In this document: in pieces, positions 1 through 9,465 of the stretch
Layout of the letters: every line of letters starts with the position of its first letter
How positions within the stretch are numbered: position 1 is the stretch's first letter
Origin: Actinomycetota bacterium
GTDB lineage: Bacteria > Actinomycetota > Acidimicrobiia > Acidimicrobiales > JAMCPD01
DNA length: 64,000 nucleotides
NCBI GenBank assembly: GCA_023379935.1
Contig: JAMCPD010000017.1
Location: forward strand, 2,824 to 66,823
Reading direction: 5' to 3'
Translations under genes and position numbers: made by a program
The notes under the pieces: generated by a model
Database searches by the model: none
Seen by the model: only the letters and a program-made list of their open reading frames with translations
Told to the model about the DNA's origin: nothing

Positions 1-1081
1 CTTTACCTAAAGCATCAACTGCAACGGTAGCGACCAGGGAAGAGTCAATTCCCCCCGATAAACCTATCACAACATCTTTGAAACCATTTTTCCAAACATA
101 GTCTCTGGTACCAAGTACTAAAGCATGATAAATTTCCTCATTTATCCCAAGAGGCTTGATAATGCGTTTTGGATAGGACTTAGTTTTTTCACGGAGGTTG
201 TCGGTTACTTTTATAACCTCCCCGGTTCTGCTGGACTGAGTTCTGCTGGGCTGGGCAGTCACTTTTGTATCGTTGTCTTGCCCTTTTCCCGGCCAGGGGA
301 AGGTCATATCAACTATTAGCAGGTCCTCTTGAAACTGCTGAGCACTTGCCAACAGCTCGCCGTTTTCCCCTACCACCATAGAACCGCCGTCAAAAACCAG
401 TTCATCTTGGCCGCCGACTAGATTTACATATGCTATCGGTATGTTCCATCTGAGCGCTTGGTTTTTGAGCATAGCCAGTCTTTCTGCTATACGTCCCGCA
501 TAATAAGGTGACGCATTTATATTTACTATAAGTTTTGCACCGGCGGAAGCTTCTTGGCTCACGGGACCGTCTGCACTCCAAAGGTCTTCACATATGCTTA
601 TGCCGACAGCTGTTCCTCCTATCGAAAACAGCGGTGGCCCAACTTGTCGCGTTTGTTGGGATGAAAGGAAGTAACGCCTTTCATCAAATACGGAGTAGTT
701 TGGTAAAAGGTGTTTATGATAGTGCCCTACGACTTTTCCCATTGAACATACACTTGCGGTGTTGTACAGGCGCCTTGGAACAGCATCGCCTTGCTTGATT
801 TGTTGGGTGATCTCGGCTTCTTGGATGGATCCTACGATTGCTACACAGTCTCCGGTTTCTTGCGCTATTTTTTCCAATGCCAACCGGGTGTCGTCGATGA
901 AGCCCTCTTTTAGTAAAAGATCTTCAGGAGGATATCCGACTACAGCCAGTTCAGGGAATATGGCAATGTCGCATAAAGCCTGTTCTGCCTTGTCGAGCCA
1001 GTGTAAAATTTGCTTTGTATTTGCATTTAAGTCACCGACCGTAACGTCTATTTGGCACAGCCCAAGGCGAATTTCTCTCAT
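1..1081 (-). CDS. nadE: Glutamine-dependent NAD+ synthetase, 5' part (CN-hydrolase domain plus start of synthetase domain); continues beyond left edge
   Basis: My minus-strand translation from ATG (1081-1079) reads MREIRLGLCQIDVTVGDL..., contains GISICEDLW (CN-hydrolase Cys) and reaches the window edge at GLSGGIDSSLVATVAVDALGK (PP-loop SGGxDS). It is absent from the ORF track because no stop lies in the window. Confidence 0.9.
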   Translation of the reverse strand, partial: MREIRLGLCQIDVTVGDLNANTKQILHWLDKAEQALCDIAIFPELAVVGYPPEDLLLKEGFIDDTRLALEKIAQETGDCVAIVGSIQEAEITQQIKQGDAVPRRLYNTASVCSMGKVVGHYHKHLLPNYSVFDERRYFLSSQQTRQVGPPLFSIGGTAVGISICEDLWSADGPVSQEASAGAKLIVNINASPYYAGRIAERLAMLKNQALRWNIPIAYVNLVGGQDELVFDGGSMVVGENGELLASAQQFQEDLLIVDMTFPWPGKGQDNDTKVTAQPSRTQSSRTGEVIKVTDNLREKTKSYPKRIIKPLGINEEIYHALVLGTRDYVWKNGFKDVVIGLSGGIDSSLVATVAVDALGK

Positions 1082-1106
1082 GTGTGTAGCTTACCTTTTT
1101 TTACAT

Positions 1107-1112
1107 TATAAT
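1107..1112 (+). promoter_or_regulatory. Candidate -10 hexamer TATAAT, 8 nt upstream of the Fur-family ATG (leaderless transcript likely)
   Basis: TATAAT at 1107-1112, ATG at 1121, no Shine-Dalgarno in between. The gap to the divergent nadE start is only 39 nt. No convincing -35. Confidence 0.4.
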
Positions 1113-1120
1113 TCTAAGCG

Positions 1121-1615
1121 ATGAGCGATGAGCGTACTATGCAAACAGATATAGTACAAGCCATATTGGATAAACTTAAAACAGCAGGCAATAGGGTAAC
1201 TACACAAAGGCTCAATATCATCCGAGTTTTAGTGGAAGCGGAAAAAACATCCGGACATATTACCGCCGAAGACCTGATAAGTTCTGTACAAAACACCAAC
1301 CCCGAGATGAACATATCGACGATTTATCGCAACTTAGAAGAGTTGGAGCGTTTGGGAATTATAGAACATGTACATTTTGGGCATACTCCAGCTATGTATC
1401 ACTTGACATCCACCTCTCATTTTCACTTAGTATGTGAAAGGTGTGGTGACACTGTTGAGGTCGGTGACGACATATCCGCTGTATTGATTGAAACGATTAA
1501 AGAACATTTCGAGTTTGTTGTCAAGCCCCATCATTTTGCGATAGTGGGATATTGTAAAAAATGTTCCGGTGATTCAGATGTTGATGATGGCCCGACGATT
1601 GGCGGATTGATCTGA
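1121..1615 (+). CDS. Fur-family metalloregulator (Fur/Zur/PerR type not resolvable)
   Basis: 164 aa. N-terminal winged-helix-like region, then HVHFGH...HFHLVCERCG...CKKC metal-site His/Cys pattern typical of the Fur family. Confidence 0.85.
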   Translation: MSDERTMQTDIVQAILDKLKTAGNRVTTQRLNIIRVLVEAEKTSGHITAEDLISSVQNTNPEMNISTIYRNLEELERLGIIEHVHFGHTPAMYHLTSTSHFHLVCERCGDTVEVGDDISAVLIETIKEHFEFVVKPHHFAIVGYCKKCSGDSDVDDGPTIGGLI

Positions 1616-3091
1616 TATATCCTTCACATGATCTGATCTGAAAATGTCTTGACCATGAAAGTGAAAAACAAACCCATCTTTAGGGTTGTGTCTTGAAGTT
1701 AGCGAAAATATCGCGCCCGAGATGATCAAGATTGCAACGATTAGGTCCACTTGCCAACCGATACTTTGTGGTGCGTAGATTAAAAATCCTAACATTAAAA
1801 ATGCCAATATCGCAGTTGTTGTCACTGACATTAATCCTAAGATTTTATGATGGTTGAATGGCAAGTGAGAACTTAGTCCGCGTTTTTTGCTGCCTGTCCT
1901 ACGTATAAGGAATACCGATGCTGTTAATGAGTCCAAGAAGAACTCCGCAACAAGAAAGAAACCCGCAGATGACAGTACCAACTCAAAAAAGGAATTAAGT
2001 GATGTGTCAATCACCTGAAGCCCAACGATTCCCAAGGCACAGGTTAATGGAACTATAACGGCCACAGATGGAGTTTGTTTTTTTGAAACGTGAGCAAACT
2101 TTTTGGGCAGTAAACTTTCTCGACCCATGGCGAACAAAGCCCTGGAAAGTATGTAGGAGGTTAGCCATAAACCACCCGCCGTAGAGGCTAAAACCGGTAT
2201 TAGTATTAACCATGGTGCTTCAGGAACAAGTCGCGTACCCCATATTGCAAGAGGATTAGTAGAACCGGCCAGCCGGTTCAACGGTGTTTCAGCTAACATA
2301 AGTGGAAAGATAACGGCATAAAATGCCAATGCTAAGAACGCACCCAATATGCCGGCTTTGCCGGGATCGGTCCTCGGACGGTTAGCTTCTTCCGCAGCAT
2401 AACTGTCAATCTCCCACCCGTCCATAATTGTGGCGGCCATAACAGCTCCAATCAAGACACCACCGATAGATATCGGTCCTTGGTGTATACCGACATAGAG
2501 GGATGACCAACGAAGTATGGACAGTACTACTAAGAATCCCAGTGAGAAAAGTTCAATTATTAAAAACACTTTTGTGAACTTGACGGTTGGACGGCCGCCG
2601 GTCAGCAGTGGGATAAGAGCGAATCCGACCCAAAAAGCACTGATCATAATACGCAAAGCTGAGCTGACAGGTACATCCGGTGCCACCAAGCTCAATGTAT
2701 AGGAAGAAGCAGGTATAATTATAGGGGGGATAGATGCAAAGTAAGCTATTATCAGTATCCATGCTTGAAAACGTGAAGCCTTGCGCCCCAATACCCGTTT
2801 GGACCAATGATAGGAAGCGCCGGCATGCGGAAAATGTTGATTTAACATACGAAAGATAAAGGAACTGGCAATAAAAGGCAGTGCCACTATCCCTATGGCA
2901 AGCAGCGAATACCAACCGGCACTTTTTACTATGGCGCCGCCGGCTGCGGCGATGGAAAACAGCGGACCGACACTTGATACAGAAAGACTGAGTAAATCTC
3001 CTATATTGAAAACCTGAGCAAGCAGATTATGTCTTACATTACGGAACGTATCGTGGGCCAAAGGATGTTCAATCGGTGTGGGTACACGCAT
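1574..3091 (-). CDS. Amino acid/polyamine (APC superfamily) permease
   Basis: 505 aa, about 12 hydrophobic helices, APC-like glycine-rich helix motifs. Its 3' end overlaps the convergent Fur-family gene by 42 nt. Confidence 0.75.
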   Translation of the reverse strand: MRVPTPIEHPLAHDTFRNVRHNLLAQVFNIGDLLSLSVSSVGPLFSIAAAGGAIVKSAGWYSLLAIGIVALPFIASSFIFRMLNQHFPHAGASYHWSKRVLGRKASRFQAWILIIAYFASIPPIIIPASSYTLSLVAPDVPVSSALRIMISAFWVGFALIPLLTGGRPTVKFTKVFLIIELFSLGFLVVLSILRWSSLYVGIHQGPISIGGVLIGAVMAATIMDGWEIDSYAAEEANRPRTDPGKAGILGAFLALAFYAVIFPLMLAETPLNRLAGSTNPLAIWGTRLVPEAPWLILIPVLASTAGGLWLTSYILSRALFAMGRESLLPKKFAHVSKKQTPSVAVIVPLTCALGIVGLQVIDTSLNSFFELVLSSAGFFLVAEFFLDSLTASVFLIRRTGSKKRGLSSHLPFNHHKILGLMSVTTTAILAFLMLGFLIYAPQSIGWQVDLIVAILIISGAIFSLTSRHNPKDGFVFHFHGQDIFRSDHVKDISDQSANRRAIINI

Positions 3092-3240
3092 ATCAAGATG
3101 CTATACTAAATGCAACCTGATTGCAAATACAGTTCAATAACTATAGAAATATATTGTAAATAATAAATTGATTGCTATTGTGTAAAATAACAGATACAGT
3201 TATCGGCTTGCATGAAAGCTCAACCCAACTTTAGACAGAT

Positions 3241-3291
3241 CCCAGAATCAGTCCAATCCCAGAATCAGTCCAATCCCAGAATCAGTCCGCT
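3241..3291. repeat. Tandem repeat, 3 x 17 bp (CCCAGAATCAGTCCAAT; third copy ends ...CCGCT)
   Basis: Read directly: 3241-3257, 3258-3274, 3275-3291. Lies between the glnA stop (3309) and the permease start (3091). Confidence 0.95.
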
Positions 3292-3308
3292 ATTTTAGGA
3301 CTTAGCCA

Positions 3309-4733
3309 CTAAAGGTCGTAGTAGAGCATGAACTCCCAGGGATGAGGACGCAGCCTCACAGGGTCTATCTCATTGGTTCTTTTGTATTCAGTCCAGGTCT
3401 GTATGAGATCGTCCGTAAAAACAGAGCCGGCCTTTAGAAACTCCTGATCATTTTCCAAGGCGTTCAAAGCCTCTTCTAAAGATCCCGGGACTTGAGGGAC
3501 CTTGGCCAACTCTTCTGCCGGCAGCGCGTAGAGGTCGTGGTCTATGGGATCCGGCGGTTCAATCTTGTGTTGTATCCCATCCAATCCGGCCATCAACATT
3601 GCCGCAAAAGCCAGATAAGGGTTGCAAGTCGGATCAGGACAACGAAACTCTACTCTTTTGGCCTTTGGGCTGGGTGAATAGAGTGGAATTCTACAGGCTG
3701 CTGAACGATTACGTTGCGAATAAACAAGATTGACGGGTGCCTCATATCCGGGTACCAGTCGCTTGTAGGAGTTGGTCGTCGGTGCCGCAAATGCCAGTAT
3801 TGCACCGGCATGCTTCAACAAACCGCCGATATACCACCTGCCCATATCGGATAGGCCGGCATAAGCACCCTCTTGGTAAAACAACGGCTCTTTATCGTTC
3901 CATAGCGATTGATGAGTGTGCATACCCGAGCCGTTGTCACTAAAGAGTGGCTTTGGCATGAAAGTAGCGGTACGACCTTTAGAACGGGCCACATTCTTTA
4001 CGATGTACTTATATAGCATCAACTTATCGGCCATAACGAGTAACGTATCAAAACGCATGTCAATCTCGGCTTGCCCGGCGGTAGCAACTTCATGGTGATG
4101 AACTTCTACGTCAATGCCCATACGTTGCATACAAAGTACCATTTCAGAACGCAAATCTTGAAAGTGGTCCATAGGAGGAAGCGGGAAATAGCCTTCTTTG
4201 TAGCGCGGCTTATATCCCAAGTTGGGATCTTCAACGCGTGCAGAGTTCCATATCCCTTCTACTGAATCCACAGCATAAAAGGCTGAGTGTTGATCTTGGT
4301 TAAACTTTACGTCATCAAACACAAAAAATTCGGCTTCAGGTCCGAAATAAGCGGTAGTGGCAATTTTGGTTGATGCCAGGTGGTTTTCAGCTTTCTTGGC
4401 TACCCAACGGGGGTCTCTTGAGTAGCTTTCTCCTGTAACGGGATCTTTTACAAAGCAGTTGAGGGCTAAAGTTTTATGTTCCGTAAAGGGGTCTATAACA
4501 GCTGTTGCCGGATCCGGTATGAGCAACATGTCAGACTCATGAATTTCCTGGAACCCCCTTATAGATGAACCGTCAAAACCATATCCGGCTTCAAATCCTT
4601 CTTCTGTCAACTCCTTGGCAGGAACGGAAAAGTGTTGCATGAGACCGGGAAGGTCGCAAAACCGGAAATCAACTATTTCAACCTTCTCATCAGTTACGAG
4701 ACCGATTACTTCTTGGACACTACGTTGTTGCAC
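3309..4733 (-). CDS. glnA: Glutamine synthetase type I
   Basis: 474 aa. Contains [24 protein letters not shown] and [13 protein letters not shown] motifs, plus a DLYALPAEE Tyr at the position of the GS-I adenylylation site. Confidence 0.97.
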   Translation of the reverse strand: MQQRSVQEVIGLVTDEKVEIVDFRFCDLPGLMQHFSVPAKELTEEGFEAGYGFDGSSIRGFQEIHESDMLLIPDPATAVIDPFTEHKTLALNCFVKDPVTGESYSRDPRWVAKKAENHLASTKIATTAYFGPEAEFFVFDDVKFNQDQHSAFYAVDSVEGIWNSARVEDPNLGYKPRYKEGYFPLPPMDHFQDLRSEMVLCMQRMGIDVEVHHHEVATAGQAEIDMRFDTLLVMADKLMLYKYIVKNVARSKGRTATFMPKPLFSDNGSGMHTHQSLWNDKEPLFYQEGAYAGLSDMGRWYIGGLLKHAGAILAFAAPTTNSYKRLVPGYEAPVNLVYSQRNRSAACRIPLYSPSPKAKRVEFRCPDPTCNPYLAFAAMLMAGLDGIQHKIEPPDPIDHDLYALPAEELAKVPQVPGSLEEALNALENDQEFLKAGSVFTDDLIQTWTEYKRTNEIDPVRLRPHPWEFMLYYDL

Positions 4734-4908
4734 TGTTAAATATCTCCTTATGGGTAATGATGCTTACTTATATTTAAAATTTAAATGCTTTATGATAATG
4801 TACACTCTTTAAACCGGAGTATGCATATTTTATTCATAAAAGATCTAAACACATGCTAAGTCTAAACACAAAAATGTTTCAGAGACATTTCCGACAGATA
4901 AATCTATT

Positions 4909-4941
4909 GTTACAACTTCGAAAACTGTTCGGTTTAAAAAC
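4909..4941 (+). promoter_or_regulatory. Candidate GlnR-type box upstream of glnA (GTTAC-n6-GAAAA ... GTTCG-n5-AAAAC)
   Basis: Resembles the actinobacterial GlnR half-site pattern gTnAc-n6-GaAAc. It lies about 175-210 nt upstream of the glnA start. The spacing between the two pairs is non-canonical. Confidence 0.25.
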
Positions 4942-4976
4942 TTTTGAGCATAAAAAACGTTAGCTAAAGATATACC

Positions 4977-5342
4977 TTAGCTAAAAGAGTTTCCGCAACC
5001 GCAAGATTTGGTTACATTGGGATTGGTCAGATGAAATCCCGCACCTTCCAGTTCATCCACGTAATCAATAGTGGAGTTTTTTAAAAATTTAACACTGGCC
5101 GGGTCGATTACCACCTTTACGTTATCAAATACACTTACTATGTCATCATCAGCTATTTCAGTGTCAAAAAACATTTCATAGGTATACCCTGAGCAACCAC
5201 CCGGTTTGACTCCAACTCTTAAAACCAGGTTTTCCTCACCTTCTTTGGAGATCAACTCGGCTACTTTTTTAATAGCCGCATCACTCAATGTAATAGGTGT
5301 GGGGCGTTTTTCTATTTTTACAAAACTACTTGTTGTGCTCAA
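4977..5342 (-). CDS. A-type iron-sulfur cluster carrier (HesB/IscA/ErpA family)
   Basis: 121 aa. GGCSGY mid-motif and C-terminal CGCGNSFS, the classic three-Cys signature of A-type carriers. Confidence 0.9.
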   Translation of the reverse strand: MSTTSSFVKIEKRPTPITLSDAAIKKVAELISKEGEENLVLRVGVKPGGCSGYTYEMFFDTEIADDDIVSVFDNVKVVIDPASVKFLKNSTIDYVDELEGAGFHLTNPNVTKSCGCGNSFS

Positions 5343-5376
5343 TTTTTAATCTCCTTGCTTACTTGTTAAAAGTTCC

Positions 5377-5407
5377 AGTTGTTGAATATTTCAGTTGTTG
5401 AATATTA
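5377..5407. repeat. Direct repeat 2 x 15 bp (CAGTTGTTGAATATT) with 1-nt spacer, in the promoter region of the IscA-like gene
   Basis: Copies at 5377-5391 and 5393-5407, read directly. Confidence 0.9.
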
Positions 5408-5438
5408 GTATTGTTGTACTTTTACAATTATACACCTG

Positions 5439-6308
5439 TTATCCATTATATATCCACATAGAATTAAGATTATCCATATTTTGACATGTCACCTTTTTTT
5501 CCAAGGTTAATTTTCTTAGATGAGCCCAAAGTGAATACCGGGCTATTGGATGTAACACAGGGTCAGTGTCTTGATAAACCAGCGGCAACAGCTGGTCTAT
5601 GGTGGCTTTTTTGAAGGTTTTCAAACTGTCTTCGACAGCTTTCTCTCTGGCCAGTCGATGCGTGATGTATTCATTTAAAGTAACGGCGGGATTGGTTATC
5701 ATTTCACCATGGCCGGGAGCAATGGTTTGCAAGGGTGGAGTAAGTGATGCTAAACGGTAGAGGCTTTTGAGATAAAGCCCCATATCGCCTTGTGGCGGCA
5801 GTATAACCACAGTTGAACCTTGCATGATGTGATCACCCGCAAGCAGGCAGTTCATATCTTCCAGTAGGAAACATAGGTGATCCGATGAGTGCCCGGGTGT
5901 GTGTAGGGTACGCAAACGCACTTTATCGAGAGTAAAGACAAATCCCTCGCTTACGTAGATATCAGGCTTTAATGGCATAATATCGGTCGAAGGACCAAAT
6001 GCCGCTACCACCGCACCGGTCATCTCTTTTAATTTAGCTGTGCCAAGTGCATGATCTGGATGAGCGTGAGTAAGCAGTATGTACTTTATATTACCCTTGG
6101 CGCGCTTGTGAGCATAGTTCACAATGGTTTCTAAATGTCCTTTATGATCCGGACCGGGGTCGACAACCGCCAATGTTTTTTCTCCAACCAGATAGGTGTT
6201 GGTTCCGTTTCCGGTCATGATACCGGGGTTTGGCGCTAGAATTTTGACTAAGACTTCATTTATCTTATTTATTTCAGTCGTATCTTTCATTGTTGTAAAC
6301 CTTCTCAC
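5439..6308 (-). CDS. MBL-fold metallo-hydrolase
   Basis: 289 aa. LLTHAHPDH (HxHxDH) plus downstream His/Asp ligands. The start could instead be the ATG at 6290 (MKDTT...). Confidence 0.85.
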   Translation of the reverse strand: MRRFTTMKDTTEINKINEVLVKILAPNPGIMTGNGTNTYLVGEKTLAVVDPGPDHKGHLETIVNYAHKRAKGNIKYILLTHAHPDHALGTAKLKEMTGAVVAAFGPSTDIMPLKPDIYVSEGFVFTLDKVRLRTLHTPGHSSDHLCFLLEDMNCLLAGDHIMQGSTVVILPPQGDMGLYLKSLYRLASLTPPLQTIAPGHGEMITNPAVTLNEYITHRLAREKAVEDSLKTFKKATIDQLLPLVYQDTDPVLHPIARYSLWAHLRKLTLEKKVTCQNMDNLNSMWIYNG

Positions 6309-6334
6309 CGATTGAAACTCGCAAGCTTTACTTT

Positions 6335-8578
6335 CTAAGCAACATTGGGCCTAACACTTTTCACCTGTACGCTGTTTTTTGCATGTGCTCCGCGGTAGTA
6401 GTTAATGCTCAGTCTATAGTTTATTGAACTGCTAATTAAAAATAGACATCCCAAGAAAAAAGCCAAATAGCCGAGGTCGATATGAGGCGGCGCATAGCTG
6501 AATACAATCTGGTTGCTTCCCTTGTTTACTTCAATACTTTGGAAAATAACCTTATATTTATCGATTGGAACGATATGTCCGTTTAACCTTGCTTGCCATC
6601 CGGGGGAAAACAGGCTGCGGCGTATTAATATTGCAGGTTTGTTGCAGTACGCGCCTGTTCGATTTTGAGATAATGAGTCCAACTTACATGAAGAAGGCGG
6701 TAGAGTTTGGAAGAAAGGTGCCGGGTTGGCAAGTTGATAAATATTTACGATACTGTTTTTATAAACAAGTTTCGACCTTGAATCAGTTCCCGCAAAAGGA
6801 TTTTGCCCGGGGTATGTAACGACATACTTTACGCCTATCCATTCGTAGTTTTTCAAACGGTTTATAAGCTCTTCAGATGGTGACGGAGCCTTGGGATTTA
6901 AATGAATGTTGCCCGTAAAGACATTAGTTATGGCATACGGGTCAAGGTCATGGTGGATAAAGTTGTGCCAGCTTTGTGCTATCGGCAGGTCGCTGGTGTT
7001 AATAGATGCATCACCAAAATATGTCCCATAATTGGGAGCAAAAGGTCCGAGGGTGTAGAACCTTGATAGGTGAAGATTGCGCTTTAAAAAACCAACTGCT
7101 TCGGTATTAATTTTTTTTGAGGTGGGGGCCGCAAGTATCGGTATGGTAAACAAACCCATAGCTTCAACTACCACAACGGTTGATACCAAGGCCGCTCTCA
7201 GGCGCTTGTTTTCAGTTCCAAAACAGATCAGAAGAATTAACAAGGGTGTGGCAATATACAAGAACACGCTTATGATTGGCCACTTCATGTAGTTTTGAAT
7301 ATGAGAAAGAGCGTACACTTTTGAGTGGGCAAAAAACAGCCAAAATGGCAGCAACACTATAGAGGATATGACAGATGAGACTACAATTGGCACAACACTT
7401 TTTTTTGATTGCAGATCATTTATGGCGAATGCCGACAAAACAGCGCCAGCCAGCTCCCAGCTAGGAGCGGAGTATCGGGTAAACTTAACGTTAACTATTA
7501 GTGGGATGTGATTGACCACTTGAGTAATTACCGGTATGCCAAACGACCTTCCTAACCCGACACAGATCCAAACAAACAAAACTATTCGTAATACTCTATT
7601 GTGTTTTCCGAAAAGAGCGGCGATTGATAAAACTATGACACCAATTCCAAGATATCCCCCAATTCCGCCCCAGTAGGTCATGGTGCCATGGTACGCATAG
7701 TTGTTCCCGTATATGTACGGCATTGCAACCATTGGGCTAACAGGTGAAGGGAAGAAAAGGGAAGCAACGGCTCCGCTATGGCCCTTGATGAATCCTGTTT
7801 GTAAGTAGTCTAAAAAAGGAATAACAATAGGCAGTGACAACAGACAACCCACAAAAGCCCCAAGAGCGGTCTTAATGACCAATTTTTTTCTAAAGCCGCC
7901 AGATTGCCATATACGCAATATTGTCCATAAAAGAGCAAAGATCCCATCGATATAAGCCACTTCAGGAAAGCCCGCATACAACGAAAGTGCGATAGAAAGA
8001 CTAATCCAACCCCAGCCAAAACTTTTTCTACCTTCCGCAGCGCTTTTACTTTTTTCAATACCCAAAAGTAACAAGGGCAAAAAAGCCAATGCTGCCGAGG
8101 GGGCGCTTCCCAGCCAGGCAAAGGTGCCGTTAAATTCATATAGAACACCTCCTGCGAGTGAAGGAGTTGGCCCAAGCTTTAATTTACGCAGAAAGAGATA
8201 GGTTCCCACACCGCTTATGACTTGCAAGATGATATGTTCATAAAGTTGTCCGCTTGAAAAGTAAAGCAGTAGAGTCAAAGGGAACAAACTGGCCGATTGC
8301 ATATCACCGGCCAAAGGAAGCCCCACCCCTTCATACGGATTCCACCAGGGCATTTTACCGCTGAACAAGTCTAAAACAGCGCGGTGTCCCAAGGCTTGAG
8401 ATATAGTTCCGCTGCCGGGGTTTGCCGATAAGCCTTGCAAAATACCGGTATGAGTGCCGACGGACAGTCCAGAGAACAAAAGCATGGGGTTGGTATGCAG
8501 GTAGCCTAAAATTGCAGGCAAGCGCAGTATAAAAGGTAGTAAAACTGTTATAAGCAGTGGAATGTTCTTTTTATTCAC
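6335..8578 (-). CDS. Large polytopic membrane protein, YfhO-like (putative lipid-linked glycosyl transferase); function uncertain
   Basis: 747 aa. Many TM helices followed by a soluble C-terminal region. The N-terminal MPWWNPYEGVGLPLAGDMQSASLFPL resembles the YfhO family. 4-nt overlap with the upstream NUDIX gene. Confidence 0.6.
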   Translation of the reverse strand: MNKKNIPLLITVLLPFILRLPAILGYLHTNPMLLFSGLSVGTHTGILQGLSANPGSGTISQALGHRAVLDLFSGKMPWWNPYEGVGLPLAGDMQSASLFPLTLLLYFSSGQLYEHIILQVISGVGTYLFLRKLKLGPTPSLAGGVLYEFNGTFAWLGSAPSAALAFLPLLLLGIEKSKSAAEGRKSFGWGWISLSIALSLYAGFPEVAYIDGIFALLWTILRIWQSGGFRKKLVIKTALGAFVGCLLSLPIVIPFLDYLQTGFIKGHSGAVASLFFPSPVSPMVAMPYIYGNNYAYHGTMTYWGGIGGYLGIGVIVLSIAALFGKHNRVLRIVLFVWICVGLGRSFGIPVITQVVNHIPLIVNVKFTRYSAPSWELAGAVLSAFAINDLQSKKSVVPIVVSSVISSIVLLPFWLFFAHSKVYALSHIQNYMKWPIISVFLYIATPLLILLICFGTENKRLRAALVSTVVVVEAMGLFTIPILAAPTSKKINTEAVGFLKRNLHLSRFYTLGPFAPNYGTYFGDASINTSDLPIAQSWHNFIHHDLDPYAITNVFTGNIHLNPKAPSPSEELINRLKNYEWIGVKYVVTYPGQNPFAGTDSRSKLVYKNSIVNIYQLANPAPFFQTLPPSSCKLDSLSQNRTGAYCNKPAILIRRSLFSPGWQARLNGHIVPIDKYKVIFQSIEVNKGSNQIVFSYAPPHIDLGYLAFFLGCLFLISSSINYRLSINYYRGAHAKNSVQVKSVRPNVA

Positions 8579-9393
8579 GTGTCACTTGACAGATGGATAC
8601 GAGTCCCATGTGCTTCTTGAACACTGTCTTGGCGTTCTTGGGCAACTTTGAGCTGTTCAAGTAGCTCTTCAACTGTTTTAAACCGGTTTATCACTTCAAG
8701 ATTTTTGATAGTGGGGAAAACCAGTTTTAAGCTGTTGTTTCTGCTTTGCAAAAGAGCAGTTGAAGGTTTTATCCATATACTATCAACCGTTTCTATACTG
8801 TCATGCACAGCTACTTGGTCCTGTGGCAGTTTGCTTATGAAAAACCTCGTACTGTATCTCCGCGGCGCAATAGGAGGGGTTATCCAATGGCTGAAGTAAT
8901 AAATTTGATCTAGTGCTAGGTCAATATCTTCCGATTTGCATATATCCACCAAAGTTATCTGTTTTTTATGCAGTTGTTTACGCAAACTGTTGAACCGTTC
9001 ATATTTTTTTGAATCATTGAAACGAACCAGATCATCTCCCCTATAAGCCAACAGTACTCCTGCCTCTTCAAAACACTCCCGTATGGCAGCGACCCACCAG
9101 GCTATAGCATCTTTAGATACTTTTAAGGATTTGTTAGCCTCAACTCTATCTTTTGCCCTGCAGTATTTAAGTATCTCTTCAGAGTAGTCATTGGGATCTA
9201 AGGCTCCCCCTGGGAAAACATAAGTGTCAGGAACAAAACTGGAACCGGCATTTCTGCGAAGCAGTAAAACCTCTAAAGAGTTGTGTGTGTCATTTAGAGA
9301 ATCTCTGACTAAAATCAAAGTTGCCGCATCTTTAATTTTAATCGGTTTATCAATCACATAGTTAAACTTACTTTGAGAACTGTCCGCTTTCAT
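8575..9393 (-). CDS. NUDIX-family hydrolase with a split/atypical Nudix box
   Basis: 272 aa. FPGGALDPND ... (about 35-aa insert) ... AAIRECFEEAGVLL. Confidence 0.8.
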   Translation of the reverse strand: MKADSSQSKFNYVIDKPIKIKDAATLILVRDSLNDTHNSLEVLLLRRNAGSSFVPDTYVFPGGALDPNDYSEEILKYCRAKDRVEANKSLKVSKDAIAWWVAAIRECFEEAGVLLAYRGDDLVRFNDSKKYERFNSLRKQLHKKQITLVDICKSEDIDLALDQIYYFSHWITPPIAPRRYSTRFFISKLPQDQVAVHDSIETVDSIWIKPSTALLQSRNNSLKLVFPTIKNLEVINRFKTVEELLEQLKVAQERQDSVQEAHGTRIHLSSDT

Positions 9394-9410
9394 TAAATTT
9401 CACACCGGAA

Positions 9411-9433
9411 AACCTCGGGATCCTCAGATCCCG
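9411..9433 (-). terminator. Candidate intrinsic terminator after the alpha/beta-hydrolase gene
   Basis: 7-bp GC-rich stem CGGGATC/GATCCCG (9416-9422 / 9427-9433) with a 4-nt loop, followed on the minus strand by AGGUUUUCC (short U tract). Confidence 0.4.
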
Positions 9434-9465
9434 GAATTCCCGGACACCTCTGTAAGTCAGCGACT

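Noticed and set aside
125-1124. Plus-strand ORFs 125-319, 535-798 and 759-1124
   Set aside because: They lie antisense to a clear minus-strand NAD synthetase reading frame (CN-hydrolase and PP-loop motifs). Their translations are low-complexity, with no motifs.
3092-3240. Fur/Zur box in the AT-rich region upstream of the permease gene
   Set aside because: The region is AT-rich with partial palindromes (e.g. TAAATTGATTGCTATT), but nothing matches a Fur or Zur consensus well enough to report.
3241-3291. Possibility that the 17-bp tandem repeat is a CRISPR array
   Set aside because: The copies are directly adjacent with no spacers, the units are too short, and no cas genes are present.
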